Source: an uncultured Alphaproteobacteria bacterium (GTDB lineage Bacteria > Pseudomonadota > Alphaproteobacteria > Rs-D84). Taken from it: a stretch of DNA of 64,000 nucleotides. The translations under genes and the position numbers were made by a program. Below are positions 35,674-44,208 of the stretch, one piece after another. The stretch is from NCBI GenBank assembly GCA_946623825.1, contig CAMORN010000002.1:152184-216183 (forward strand). The letters run 5' to 3'. The notes below the pieces were generated by a model, which was not told the origin of the DNA, made no database searches, and worked only from the letters and a program-made list of their open reading frames with translations. Every line of letters begins with the position of its first letter. Within the stretch, counting starts at the first letter, position 1.

Positions 35674-37014
35674 TTAATCTTTCTTTAATGCCATTTGAAT
35701 AAGTTGTTTTGATTCTACCAAGAATTCCATTGGTAATCTAGTTATTATTGGATTTGCCATTGAACCAATAATCAATGCAATTGCATCATCTGTTTCAATG
35801 CCACTTTGTTCCAAAAATAACAGGGCGTCTTTGTCTATTGCGCCAGTTGTTGCTTCGTGTGATTGTTCATTTGTTGCGTTGTTGTGAACAACAGTTGGAA
35901 TAGTATTTGCAATTGCGTTATTTCCAATGATTCTGCTGTCGCATTTGCAGGCATTTTTTCCGTGTTTTCCATTGAATGCAACCAGACTTCTGAATGTTTG
36001 TTTTGAATAATCTGTTGCGACACCATATGAAACAATATTAGATTTTGTGTTATCGCCGATATGCAACATTTTTGTTCCGGTGTCTGCCTGTTGTGTACCA
36101 CGCGTTATTGACAGAGAATAAAAATCACTGTGTGAATTATCACCGAATAAAATTGTTGATGGGTATTTCCATGTCATTGCGGAACCGATTTCAATTTGTG
36201 TCCAATCAAGTCCCGCATTTTTATAACATTTTCCGCGTTTTGTTACGAAATTTAATATGCCGTTTTTAATGTTATCAGAATCGCTCTTTACGGCGGAATC
36301 GCCCGCATACCAGTTTTGGACGGTTGAATATTTTACATAGGCATTGTCTTTGACAATAATTTCTACGACACCGCTATGTAATTGATGATTTGGACGACGT
36401 GGTGCGCTGCAACCTTCCATGTAAGAAAGTGTTGAACCGTCTTCTGCAATGATAAGTGTTCGTTCAAATTGACCAATTTTTGCAGTTTCAATTCTGAAAT
36501 AACTGGCTAAATCTATCGGACATTTTATGTTTTTTGGAATATAAACAAATGTGCCATCTGAAAATACAGCAGCATTCAGTGCTGCAAAATAATTATCTGT
36601 ATTTGGTACAACAGAACCAAGATATTGTTTAACTAAATCTGGGTGTTTAATAACAGCTTCTGACAAAGGTAAAAATATTATACCCAATTTTTCAAGTTCT
36701 GCGGTATATGATGTATGAACAGATTTACTGTCAATAACAGTATCTGTCGCCATACCCAGCAGGGCACGTTGTTCAGATTCTGGCAACCCCATTTTTTCAT
36801 AGGTTGATTTTAATTCGCTGTTATCCAATTGCTTGGTTTCGTTATAATAATTTAATTCGTCATAATTTATTGGTTTGTAATCGATTTCAGCCCAATGTGG
36901 TTCTTTCATTTTAAGCCATGCATTAAAGGCATCTAATCGCCACTGCAAAAGCCAATCTGGTTCATTTCGTTTTGTGGATATTTCACGAATAAGATTTTCT
37001 GATAATTTTGTCAT
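35674..37014 (-). CDS. sufB: Fe-S cluster assembly scaffold SufB
   Basis: 446 aa with beta-helix repeats, CSAP, a SHEATTG-like HEATTGAID and FLEQSGI. Confidence 0.85.
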   Translation of the reverse strand: MTKLSENLIREISTKRNEPDWLLQWRLDAFNAWLKMKEPHWAEIDYKPINYDELNYYNETKQLDNSELKSTYEKMGLPESEQRALLGMATDTVIDSKSVHTSYTAELEKLGIIFLPLSEAVIKHPDLVKQYLGSVVPNTDNYFAALNAAVFSDGTFVYIPKNIKCPIDLASYFRIETAKIGQFERTLIIAEDGSTLSYMEGCSAPRRPNHQLHSGVVEIIVKDNAYVKYSTVQNWYAGDSAVKSDSDNIKNGILNFVTKRGKCYKNAGLDWTQIEIGSAMTWKYPSTILFGDNSHSDFYSLSITRGTQQADTGTKMLHIGDNTKSNIVSYGVATDYSKQTFRSLVAFNGKHGKNACKCDSRIIGNNAIANTIPTVVHNNATNEQSHEATTGAIDKDALLFLEQSGIETDDAIALIIGSMANPIITRLPMEFLVESKQLIQMALKKD

Positions 37015-37553
37015 TTATCTGAATTTGCTAATGCTTGTGCTTGGGCAAAAAATGTCAAAGATTGTCCCAGCAAACCATCTGTAAATGTTGTTGATAATAT
37101 TCCGTCTTTGTCGGTGTTAGCCATGTGTTGTAAAAATTGGTTTGCGCGATTCAAATAATGATTGATAGAACGTGATATGTTTGTGTCTAATTTTATTGAA
37201 CGACGCAATTTTTCAAGAACAAAAGGATTTTTGTCGTATTCGTCCATAATTCCACCCAATGCACGCCATAATGGGTGTTCAGATGTAGAGCGGGGCATGA
37301 CATCTATTGCCGCCATAACCGGTATTAAATCTTGTAATAAATCTTGGTATATAATTTCTGCTTTATCTGTGGTTTCGTTAACCGCGATTTTGTTTTTTAA
37401 TATATTTTTTATTGCAACCAATAATTCAGCGTGTTGTTTCGTTGCGCGCGCCAACAATTTTATTTTTTTATTCAATACAAAAACCATCACAAAAATCGTG
37501 ATTGTAAATATGCATGACACGACAGCAGGTATAAAAATCCAAGTATTTTCCAT
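37011..37553 (-). CDS. Hypothetical single-pass membrane protein, translationally coupled to sufB
   Basis: 180 aa with an N-terminal TM segment (WIFIPAVVSCIFTITIFVMVFVL) and a helical remainder. 4-nt overlap with the sufB start. Confidence 0.5.
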   Translation of the reverse strand: MENTWIFIPAVVSCIFTITIFVMVFVLNKKIKLLARATKQHAELLVAIKNILKNKIAVNETTDKAEIIYQDLLQDLIPVMAAIDVMPRSTSEHPLWRALGGIMDEYDKNPFVLEKLRRSIKLDTNISRSINHYLNRANQFLQHMANTDKDGILSTTFTDGLLGQSLTFFAQAQALANSDK

Positions 37554-37661
37554 GTGTTTTACCTCAAATTAATGTTCTTGTCAGATATACTATAACACGT
37601 TTTGCCGATTCGTGCGATTTTAAGATGCATATTTTTTTTGTTTTATTTTTGTTTTTTAATC

Positions 37662-37690
37662 TTGCACAGATTCGGTCAAATTGTTATAAT
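37662..37690 (+). promoter_or_regulatory. Candidate sigma-70 promoter for the TcpQ-like/secretin pair
   Basis: TTGCAC, a 17-nt spacer, then TATAAT (37685-37690), 32 nt upstream of the ATG at 37723. Confidence 0.45.
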
Positions 37691-37722
37691 TGAGTATAAT
37701 AATTAAAAGGAAAGGAATAAAA

Positions 37723-38640
37723 ATGTTTCGTAAAATTTTGGCTTTTGTGGTCGCGACTGGGGTTTCTGGGGTTGCTGTAGCAGAAAGCATACCTCAATCT
37801 TTGACATCAGAGGTTTTTTATTCACAAGATATTGAAGCGGATACTGTTCAAGAGCCACAATATGTTGAATATGCAGAACCTGTATATGAAGAAGTCGAAA
37901 TGGTTCAAGAACCAGTGTGGCCAATTGCTGGATCTGATGCGGATGTTGAAATTGCTTGCGAAGATGGTGATTGTGATAAATACAGTAATTCAAAAATCGT
38001 TACAAGATTGGGTTCTGGTTTGATAATTGAAAATAATATTAATACCAAGGGTGTTGGTTGGTCTGGTGGTCCAAATATCATGAATGATGCGCCGATTCCT
38101 GCGGGTTTTGATTATGAATGCACAAATAATGCTGAAATGCCATTAATGCGTCGTGAAATGATGGAAGATGATGGTGGTACAGTGTTGGCGGTATCACGCA
38201 GCCCACGTACGATGTGTAATAAATCTGGTGATTCTTATGCTGTGTTTGCGGAAAAGGCTGGATTTTCATCCGCTGCGAAAACTTGTGATTCAAAACCTAC
38301 ATCGGAAATCGCTGTACAAGATTCAAGACAAGAAATCGCTGTTCAAGAATATGTTGATGCAGAAGAAAGAGCAGAAGCGCAAAACCAAGTTCGTTCTTGG
38401 GTTGTTGCAAACGGACAAACATTGCGTCAGGTTTTGCAATCTTGGTGTGATAAAGAAGGTTGGGATTTGGTTTGGACTTCTTCTCGTGAATATCCAATAG
38501 AAGCCAGTGCTGTATTCAAAGGCAGATTTATTGATGTTGCGTCTGCATTGGTTCGTAATTTTGAACGCGCAACACCAATTCCTTATGCAAAATTTTACAA
38601 GGGAAATCGTGTAGTGGTTGTTTCTACAAACGAAGAATAA
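37723..38640 (+). CDS. Secreted acidic protein with a C-terminal TcpQ/PilL-type domain
   Basis: Signal peptide MFRKILAFVVATGVSGVAVA. C-terminal SWVVANGQTLRQVLQSWCDKEGWDLVWTSSREYPIEASAVFKGRFIDVASALVRNF resembles the TcpQ C-terminal domain family. Confidence 0.55.
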   Translation: MFRKILAFVVATGVSGVAVAESIPQSLTSEVFYSQDIEADTVQEPQYVEYAEPVYEEVEMVQEPVWPIAGSDADVEIACEDGDCDKYSNSKIVTRLGSGLIIENNINTKGVGWSGGPNIMNDAPIPAGFDYECTNNAEMPLMRREMMEDDGGTVLAVSRSPRTMCNKSGDSYAVFAEKAGFSSAAKTCDSKPTSEIAVQDSRQEIAVQEYVDAEERAEAQNQVRSWVVANGQTLRQVLQSWCDKEGWDLVWTSSREYPIEASAVFKGRFIDVASALVRNFERATPIPYAKFYKGNRVVVVSTNEE

Positions 38641-38677
38641 TGAAACAAGCTGTATTTTTGTACAGGAGAGAAAAAGT

Positions 38678-40282
38678 ATGAAAAAATATTTTAATTTGTA
38701 TTTTGTTGTTGCTTTGGTGGGTGGGGTGCTTGCTGGGTGTACATTGCATGAATCTGCCAAGGTTTCTGCCACTGTAGATCAGAATTTTGTTAATGCTTAT
38801 GAAGCATTCGAAATGGCAAAAAATCCGCGTGCCAAAATTGCAAGTGGTGATACCGTTTCAACATCAGAAGGTGTTTGGTTGGGTAATAAATCAACATTGT
38901 TGGAACATAAAAATAATTTGCCTGCAAAATACGAATCTGATACTGGTATAACAATATTGTTAAATGAACCTGTGACATTACAGGTTTTGGCAAATGATAT
39001 TAATTCTATAACTGGTATCCCTGTAAAAATAGACAGTCAGGTTGATTCTGAAAAATTGAAAAAGACTGTTGATGTTGCTTATACAGGTAAATTGTCGGGT
39101 TTGTTATCACAAATCGCAACTGATTTAGATTTGCTGTGGTATTATGATAAAGATTCAATCGTTTTTTATGAAACAGAAACCAGAACATACACATTGTATG
39201 CGCTGGGTACAGATGTTTCATATCAATCATCTGTTCAAACAGATGACGGAAATCGTGTCTCGTTGGAATCTACATTGAAAGAATGGGACGAGGTTGAATC
39301 TACAATAAATTCTATTATAAACGGATCTAAGAATTCACAATTCACGGTGTCACGCAGTTTGGGTACGATTACAGTAACTGCTGCCCCGTCTGTGTTGGCG
39401 CGTATTTCTGAATATGTTGCAAAACAAAACAAACGTTTGTCTCAATTGGTTACAATTGATGTAAAGGTTTTACAGGTTTCTTTATCTAATGAATCTGCGT
39501 TTGGTTTGAATTTAGCAGCGGCTATTAATTCTGCATCTGGATTGAATATTGTTGCGAATCCAAAAAATAATCTTTCCACAACAGAAGCTTCTTCTATGAA
39601 TATCGCTGTATTATCTAATGAGGTAGCTAAATCTGCAACTGGTATTGCAACCACATATACAGACCAAAAGATTATGAATGGTTCTTTGGCGCGTGTTGCT
39701 GGATCCAGTGCTTTGATTGATGCCTTGGCAAAGCAGGGCAAGGTTTCACTTGTTACAAATGTTGGGGTTACAACACGTAATAACCGTGTTGCGCCAGTGA
39801 CGAATACAAAAACAACTGGATATATTAAACGTTTTGAATCACGTAATTTCACAACTGTTGAATCAAGTACAGTTGACCAAGATGATTTGGAAACTGGTTT
39901 TTCAATGCAGTTGTTGCCAAATATCTTAGAAAACGGCAAGATTTTGTTATTATTCAAAATGTCTATACGTGAATTGTTAAAAATGAACACAACCAAGGTG
40001 GGTGAAGTTGTATTGCAATTGCCAGAGGTTGAAGAACGTTCATTTATGCAAGAAGTTATAATGGAATCTGGTCAAATGTTGGTTGTGTCTGGATTTGAAA
40101 AACAAAAGAACGATGATACAAGATACGGCCTTGGTGATGCAGACTTTATGGCTTTGTCTGGTTCTCGTGAAGCTCAGGCATCTCGTGAAGTATTGGTTGT
40201 TATATTGACACCTCAGGTTCTGGTCAGCCCGATGGATGCAGAACGCAGTATCCAACAGCATTGGGGTGCACCATTAAATTAA
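38678..40282 (+). CDS. Lipoprotein secretin (type IVb pilus PilN/TcpC-like)
   Basis: Lipobox LAGC. C-terminal secretin-like domain (VTIDVKVLQVSLSNESAFGLNL...SGQMLVVSGFEKQKNDDTRYGLGD...EVLVVILTPQVL). SD caggagag. Confidence 0.65.
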   Translation: MKKYFNLYFVVALVGGVLAGCTLHESAKVSATVDQNFVNAYEAFEMAKNPRAKIASGDTVSTSEGVWLGNKSTLLEHKNNLPAKYESDTGITILLNEPVTLQVLANDINSITGIPVKIDSQVDSEKLKKTVDVAYTGKLSGLLSQIATDLDLLWYYDKDSIVFYETETRTYTLYALGTDVSYQSSVQTDDGNRVSLESTLKEWDEVESTINSIINGSKNSQFTVSRSLGTITVTAAPSVLARISEYVAKQNKRLSQLVTIDVKVLQVSLSNESAFGLNLAAAINSASGLNIVANPKNNLSTTEASSMNIAVLSNEVAKSATGIATTYTDQKIMNGSLARVAGSSALIDALAKQGKVSLVTNVGVTTRNNRVAPVTNTKTTGYIKRFESRNFTTVESSTVDQDDLETGFSMQLLPNILENGKILLLFKMSIRELLKMNTTKVGEVVLQLPEVEERSFMQEVIMESGQMLVVSGFEKQKNDDTRYGLGDADFMALSGSREAQASREVLVVILTPQVLVSPMDAERSIQQHWGAPLN

Positions 40283-40288
40283 AGAAAT

Positions 40289-40317
40289 AAAAACCCAGAT
40301 TTTTATCTGGGTTTTCT
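40289..40317 (+). terminator. Intrinsic terminator after the secretin gene
   Basis: aacccagat-tttt-atctgggtt hairpin plus Ts. Confidence 0.7.
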
Positions 40318-40338
40318 TACATATAATATGTGGTAAAT

Positions 40339-40366
40339 AAAAAACCGTCCAATCGGACGGTTTTTA
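40339..40366. terminator. Second, bidirectional hairpin terminator (serves rpsT on the minus strand)
   Basis: ccgtcc-aatc-ggacgg hairpin flanked by A5 and T5. Confidence 0.65.
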
Positions 40367-40382
40367 ATTAGATAAAAGTTTA

Positions 40383-40643
40383 TTAAGCAATTTTTGCAAC
40401 TTTCTTTGCAAGACGAGCAACTTTTCTTGAAGCGGTTTTCTTTGGCATTGTTTTGCCAGCTGCTTTCATGATTTTGCTTTCTGCACTGCGAACAGCTGCA
40501 ACTGCGGCTGTTTTATCGCCAGATTCGATTGCTTTCAATGCTTTCTTTGTTTCTGTTTTAACAGCGCTACGACGTGCAGTATTGATTGCATTCTTTTTTG
40601 CTGTTACCAAAATTCTTTTATCGCATGATTTATGATTAGCCAC
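40383..40643 (-). CDS. rpsT: 30S ribosomal protein S20
   Basis: MANHKSCDKRILVTAKKNAINTARRSAVKT..., 86 aa and highly basic. Confidence 0.9.
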   Translation of the reverse strand: MANHKSCDKRILVTAKKNAINTARRSAVKTETKKALKAIESGDKTAAVAAVRSAESKIMKAAGKTMPKKTASRKVARLAKKVAKIA

Positions 40644-40716
40644 TTTATTTTCCTTTTATTTTGTTCAGCTTTATGCTATTTTATAAAAAAGAAACATAAA
40701 ATCAAGGAAAAATAAC

Positions 40717-41304
40717 ATGATATATGCAATTTTAATAATAATCTCTTATTTCTTAGGAACAATACCTTTCGGAATTTTGATAACAAAACTGTTTAACAAG
40801 GGTGATTTAAGAAAGGTGGGTTCCGGTAATATCGGTGCAACAAATGTTATGCGTGTTGGTGGTTTAAGATTGGCGGGGTTGACATGGTTGCTTGATATGG
40901 CAAAGGCTATAATTGCGGTTTTATTGGGCCGTTATTTTGTCAGTGCACCTTTTGGTGTGTGGTGTGGTTTTATTGCAATTGTCGGACATTGTTTCCCGAT
41001 TTGGCTTAAATTCCATGGGGGTAAGGGTATATCTGCGTTGTTTGGGGTTTTATTGGCTGTCAACCCATTACTTTTTATAATATGCGGAATTGAATGGTTG
41101 ATTGTTGCATTGGGAACCGGTTTTTCATCAGCTGGTGCAACAGTTGTATTTTGTTTGATGCCAATTTTAGGTTTTGCGATGGATATAAATATTGGTTTCG
41201 GCTTTTTGGCTATATCTTTACTGTGTTTAATAAGACACAAAGAAAATATTATTCGCTTAATTACGGGCAAAGAATCAACAATTGAATGGAAATGGAAAAA
41301 ATAA
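40717..41304 (+). CDS. plsY: Glycerol-3-phosphate acyltransferase PlsY
   Basis: GSGNIGATNVMR and HGGKGISA motifs with 5-6 TM segments. Confidence 0.85.
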   Translation: MIYAILIIISYFLGTIPFGILITKLFNKGDLRKVGSGNIGATNVMRVGGLRLAGLTWLLDMAKAIIAVLLGRYFVSAPFGVWCGFIAIVGHCFPIWLKFHGGKGISALFGVLLAVNPLLFIICGIEWLIVALGTGFSSAGATVVFCLMPILGFAMDINIGFGFLAISLLCLIRHKENIIRLITGKESTIEWKWKK

Positions 41305-41325
41305 AAAAATACTTTCTATTATTAT

Positions 41326-41354
41326 TTGTATTCAAGGGGATTTTGTGATATAAT
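41326..41354 (+). promoter_or_regulatory. Candidate extended -10 promoter
   Basis: TTGTAT, a 17-nt spacer, then (TGtGa)TATAAT at 41349-41354, upstream of the ATG at 41380. Confidence 0.35.
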
Positions 41355-41379
41355 ATTGGGTATAAAGAGGGATTGTAAT

Positions 41380-42195
41380 ATGAAAAAAATAGTTTCTATG
41401 GTTGTTTTAACTATGGTTGTATTTGGTGCGAATGCCGTTGAAAACGGGCGTCCTGCGATGACAAACAAATTTATGAATGCACCAACTTCACAACGTTATA
41501 CGGCATCTGTGAACCAATTGAATACTGTTTCACTTGGTACACCTAACAGTATGGTGACACCAACACCAACAGTCACAGTGACAACCCCACAGAAACCTGC
41601 AGAACCTGAAAAAGATATGCGCGAAGCGGAAAGAAACGCTTGTATGAATAATAATATAGGTATCGGAAATACTTTTGTTTGGGCGTCCCGTTACAGTGAT
41701 ACATCTAATTATATGAATATGGTTGAAGATACAGCCAATCCACAAAATAATGTTTGTTTCGTTCGTGTTGAATTGAAATCAAGCGATGAATCAAGAATTG
41801 ATGTCAGCGATATCCCTGCAAAATATTTCACATGGGGTGAAAATATTGAATGTGGCAGTTGGGTAAGCGAAAAAGAAATGGAAAAACGTATCTTGGATGC
41901 CAGAAAAGGTGCCAGAATTGGTGGTATTGTTGCAAGTACTGTCGGTGGTGCTGGTCTTGGCGTAGGTGCAATGGAATTATTTGGTAATAAATTAATTGGT
42001 GGTAAAGTGCAAGGTCAGAAAAGTTTGTCTGAATCTGAATTGTATCGTTCACAATTATTGGTGTTGAAAGAAAAACAACCTGCACAATATAATAAATATG
42101 TTAGTGATTTAAAAACATTGAAAGTAGAATGTGAAAAAGATAGATCAAAAGATTGTTCTGCATTCAAAGATTTGATAGATGAATTTGCTAACTAA
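41380..42195 (+). CDS. Secreted/membrane protein of unknown function with a glycine-zipper segment
   Basis: Signal peptide MKKIVSMVVLTMVVFGANA, a Thr/Pro linker, several Cys, and the glycine zipper GARIGGIVASTVGGAGLGVGAMELFG. Confidence 0.5.
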   Translation: MKKIVSMVVLTMVVFGANAVENGRPAMTNKFMNAPTSQRYTASVNQLNTVSLGTPNSMVTPTPTVTVTTPQKPAEPEKDMREAERNACMNNNIGIGNTFVWASRYSDTSNYMNMVEDTANPQNNVCFVRVELKSSDESRIDVSDIPAKYFTWGENIECGSWVSEKEMEKRILDARKGARIGGIVASTVGGAGLGVGAMELFGNKLIGGKVQGQKSLSESELYRSQLLVLKEKQPAQYNKYVSDLKTLKVECEKDRSKDCSAFKDLIDEFAN

Positions 42196-42210
42196 AGTAG
42201 GGGATAAGAG

Positions 42211-42852
42211 ATGAAAAAAATTTTATTTTTATTGTTGATTTTAGCTCCTGCGGTGTCAATGGCTGCACCATCTGTTCGTGTGCTGGGAAATAAACCTGTG
42301 ACAAGCGGTGTTACTGGGACAAAGGTAACCCCTGCAAAAACTTCGGGTGCAACAAGCGCAAACAGTTCTGCAAGATTGGGTTCTTTGCGTGCAAAAACTG
42401 GGGCGATATCTTCTGCTTCGTCAAGATTTCCGGTTATCACATCTGCCAAGGTTTATAATAATGTAGCAATTCCAACGGTTCCTTCAAATAACCAATCTGG
42501 CGGTGGTTCCACAGGTGGTTCTACGGGTGGCGGTTCTAATACAAACCCACCGTCTGTTTCTGGAAATGTAGATGTGGACGCAATAATTAATGCTGTAAAA
42601 ACAGATTTGCGTAACGAATTTTATAACAAAAATGAAACATACAATCAAAACGAAACATATAACAGAGAAGAAATTGATGCCAGAATCACAGAAATCAATA
42701 ATTCTTTGACAGAGGTTAATAATGCCATAACAAATGTTTCGAACAATTTAGATGATTCAAGATTCGATGCAATCAGATTAACCAACCCACGCGAAGCGCG
42801 TAATGGTGAAGATGCACCAGAAGGATATGTTTATATCTGGATTGAAGAATAA
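42211..42852 (+). CDS. Secreted low-complexity/coiled-coil protein of unknown function
   Basis: Signal peptide ending SMAAP, an S/T/G-rich region (GGGSTGGSTGGGS), a YNKNETYNQNETYNREEID tandem motif and a coiled-coil segment. SD aggggataagag. Confidence 0.5.
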   Translation: MKKILFLLLILAPAVSMAAPSVRVLGNKPVTSGVTGTKVTPAKTSGATSANSSARLGSLRAKTGAISSASSRFPVITSAKVYNNVAIPTVPSNNQSGGGSTGGSTGGGSNTNPPSVSGNVDVDAIINAVKTDLRNEFYNKNETYNQNETYNREEIDARITEINNSLTEVNNAITNVSNNLDDSRFDAIRLTNPREARNGEDAPEGYVYIWIEE

Positions 42853-42880
42853 TTTAAATGTCGCAATTTTTATGTTTATA

Positions 42881-42911
42881 AGATTGTAGATTTGTTCTAC
42901 AATCTTTTTTG
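42881..42911 (+). terminator. Intrinsic terminator
   Basis: agattgtaga-tttgt-tctacaatct 10-bp hairpin plus T6. It ends 3 nt before the dprA ATG. Confidence 0.7.
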
Positions 42912-42913
42912 TT

Positions 42914-43924
42914 ATGAAAGATTTATTGCAAAAACTTTTGATTTTACGTTCCCCAGGTATTGGGGCGGTTAAATATAAAAAATTACTAGAAGAATATGGT
43001 GATTTATATTCGGCTGTTGATTCATTGAATTTAACTGATGATTTTATAGATAATGTAAAATCTGAAATTGAAACTGCAAATAATCTTGGAATTGAATATA
43101 TATGTGATGATGATGCGTGTTATCCGAAAAATTTATTAAAGATACAAAATCATCCTGTGGTTTTAAGTGTGCGTGGAAACATTGAAACATTTAATAAACA
43201 AAATGTTGCGATGGTTGGTACAAGACATGCAACTGCGGCTGGTATGAATTTTATGTCTGAAATTGCACAAAAATTTGCAGAACATAATTATGCGATAACA
43301 TCTGGTATGGCAATGGGAACAGATACTGCTGCGCATATTGGGGCATTAAAATCAGATGGTAATGCACAAACAATAGCAGTTGTTGCGGGTGGTGTAGATT
43401 ATATATGGCCACTTGAAAACGAATCGTTATATTATGAAATTCTGGACCGTGGTGTTATTGTCAGTGAAATGCCGGTTGGGGCAAAACCGCTGGCAAAAAA
43501 TTTTATACAAAGAAATCATTGGGTTGCAGGATTATCAGATTTCTTGATAATCGGTGAAGCAGACGAAAAATCTGGCAGTATGACAACTGCACGATTCGCA
43601 ATAGAATATGGAAAACAAGTATTTGCAATACCGGGACATCCTTCTGATTTGCGCAGTATCGGTCCAAACTCTTTGATAAAAAAATCACAGGCAACATTAT
43701 TTATGTCTATAAAAGATTTCTTTCAAGATAAAACAAAACAAAAAAATGAAAAAAAATATGAATATAAAAATGATATTTTAGATAAATTAGGAATGATTCC
43801 TGTGTCAGAATCTGTATTGGCAAACCTTGTCAAAAAAAGTGTTGCGGAAATCAAGACAGATTTAGTCGTCTTAGAAATGCAAGGTTTAATAAGAAAACAA
43901 GATGGTGGTTATGTTTTAAATTAG
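42914..43924 (+). CDS. dprA: DNA-processing protein DprA (Smf)
   Basis: VAMVGTRHATAAG, SGMAMGTDTAAH and GSMTTARFAIEYGKQVFAIPG motifs, plus a C-terminal winged-helix-like tail. Confidence 0.85.
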   Translation: MKDLLQKLLILRSPGIGAVKYKKLLEEYGDLYSAVDSLNLTDDFIDNVKSEIETANNLGIEYICDDDACYPKNLLKIQNHPVVLSVRGNIETFNKQNVAMVGTRHATAAGMNFMSEIAQKFAEHNYAITSGMAMGTDTAAHIGALKSDGNAQTIAVVAGGVDYIWPLENESLYYEILDRGVIVSEMPVGAKPLAKNFIQRNHWVAGLSDFLIIGEADEKSGSMTTARFAIEYGKQVFAIPGHPSDLRSIGPNSLIKKSQATLFMSIKDFFQDKTKQKNEKKYEYKNDILDKLGMIPVSESVLANLVKKSVAEIKTDLVVLEMQGLIRKQDGGYVLN

Positions 43925-44208
43925 TTTTTTTTATGTATATACAATGTCTATACAAAGTGCGAAAAACTTTAGAAAAAACGAATCGTTGTCAAAAAATAAA
44001 TCTTCAAAAATAAATTAACATTTAGTTGCAAACAGAAATAAATCTTATAAATTATTCACTGTATCCAAACGATTGATTTATCAATCACAAACGAGAGAAA
44101 AAAGAGTAGGCAATATAAACAATTAAATTCTTACAAAGGTTGGGATTTAATCGTTTTTATTAGGGTGGTTTTTATACTCTGTAAGGAAGGAAAAAAGGAG
44201 CAAATAAA

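Noticed and set aside
39442-39996. 184-aa ORF antisense to the secretin gene. Similar long antisense ORFs occur at 35024..35497 (sufC), 32074..32481 (gatA), 47904..48332 (parE) and 49665..50087 (uvrC).
   Set aside because: Each lies entirely inside a well-supported conserved gene on the other strand. They have no recognisable motifs or SD and show the composition typical of shadow ORFs.
43925-44208. Possible oriC / DnaA-box cluster in the 284-bp AT-rich dprA-dnaA intergenic region.
   Set aside because: I found no perfect TTATCCACA or TGTGGATAA box. The best match is TTATTCACT with 2 mismatches. The only repeat is AAATAAATCTT, present twice. That is not enough to call an origin, and in alphaproteobacteria oriC is often not beside dnaA.
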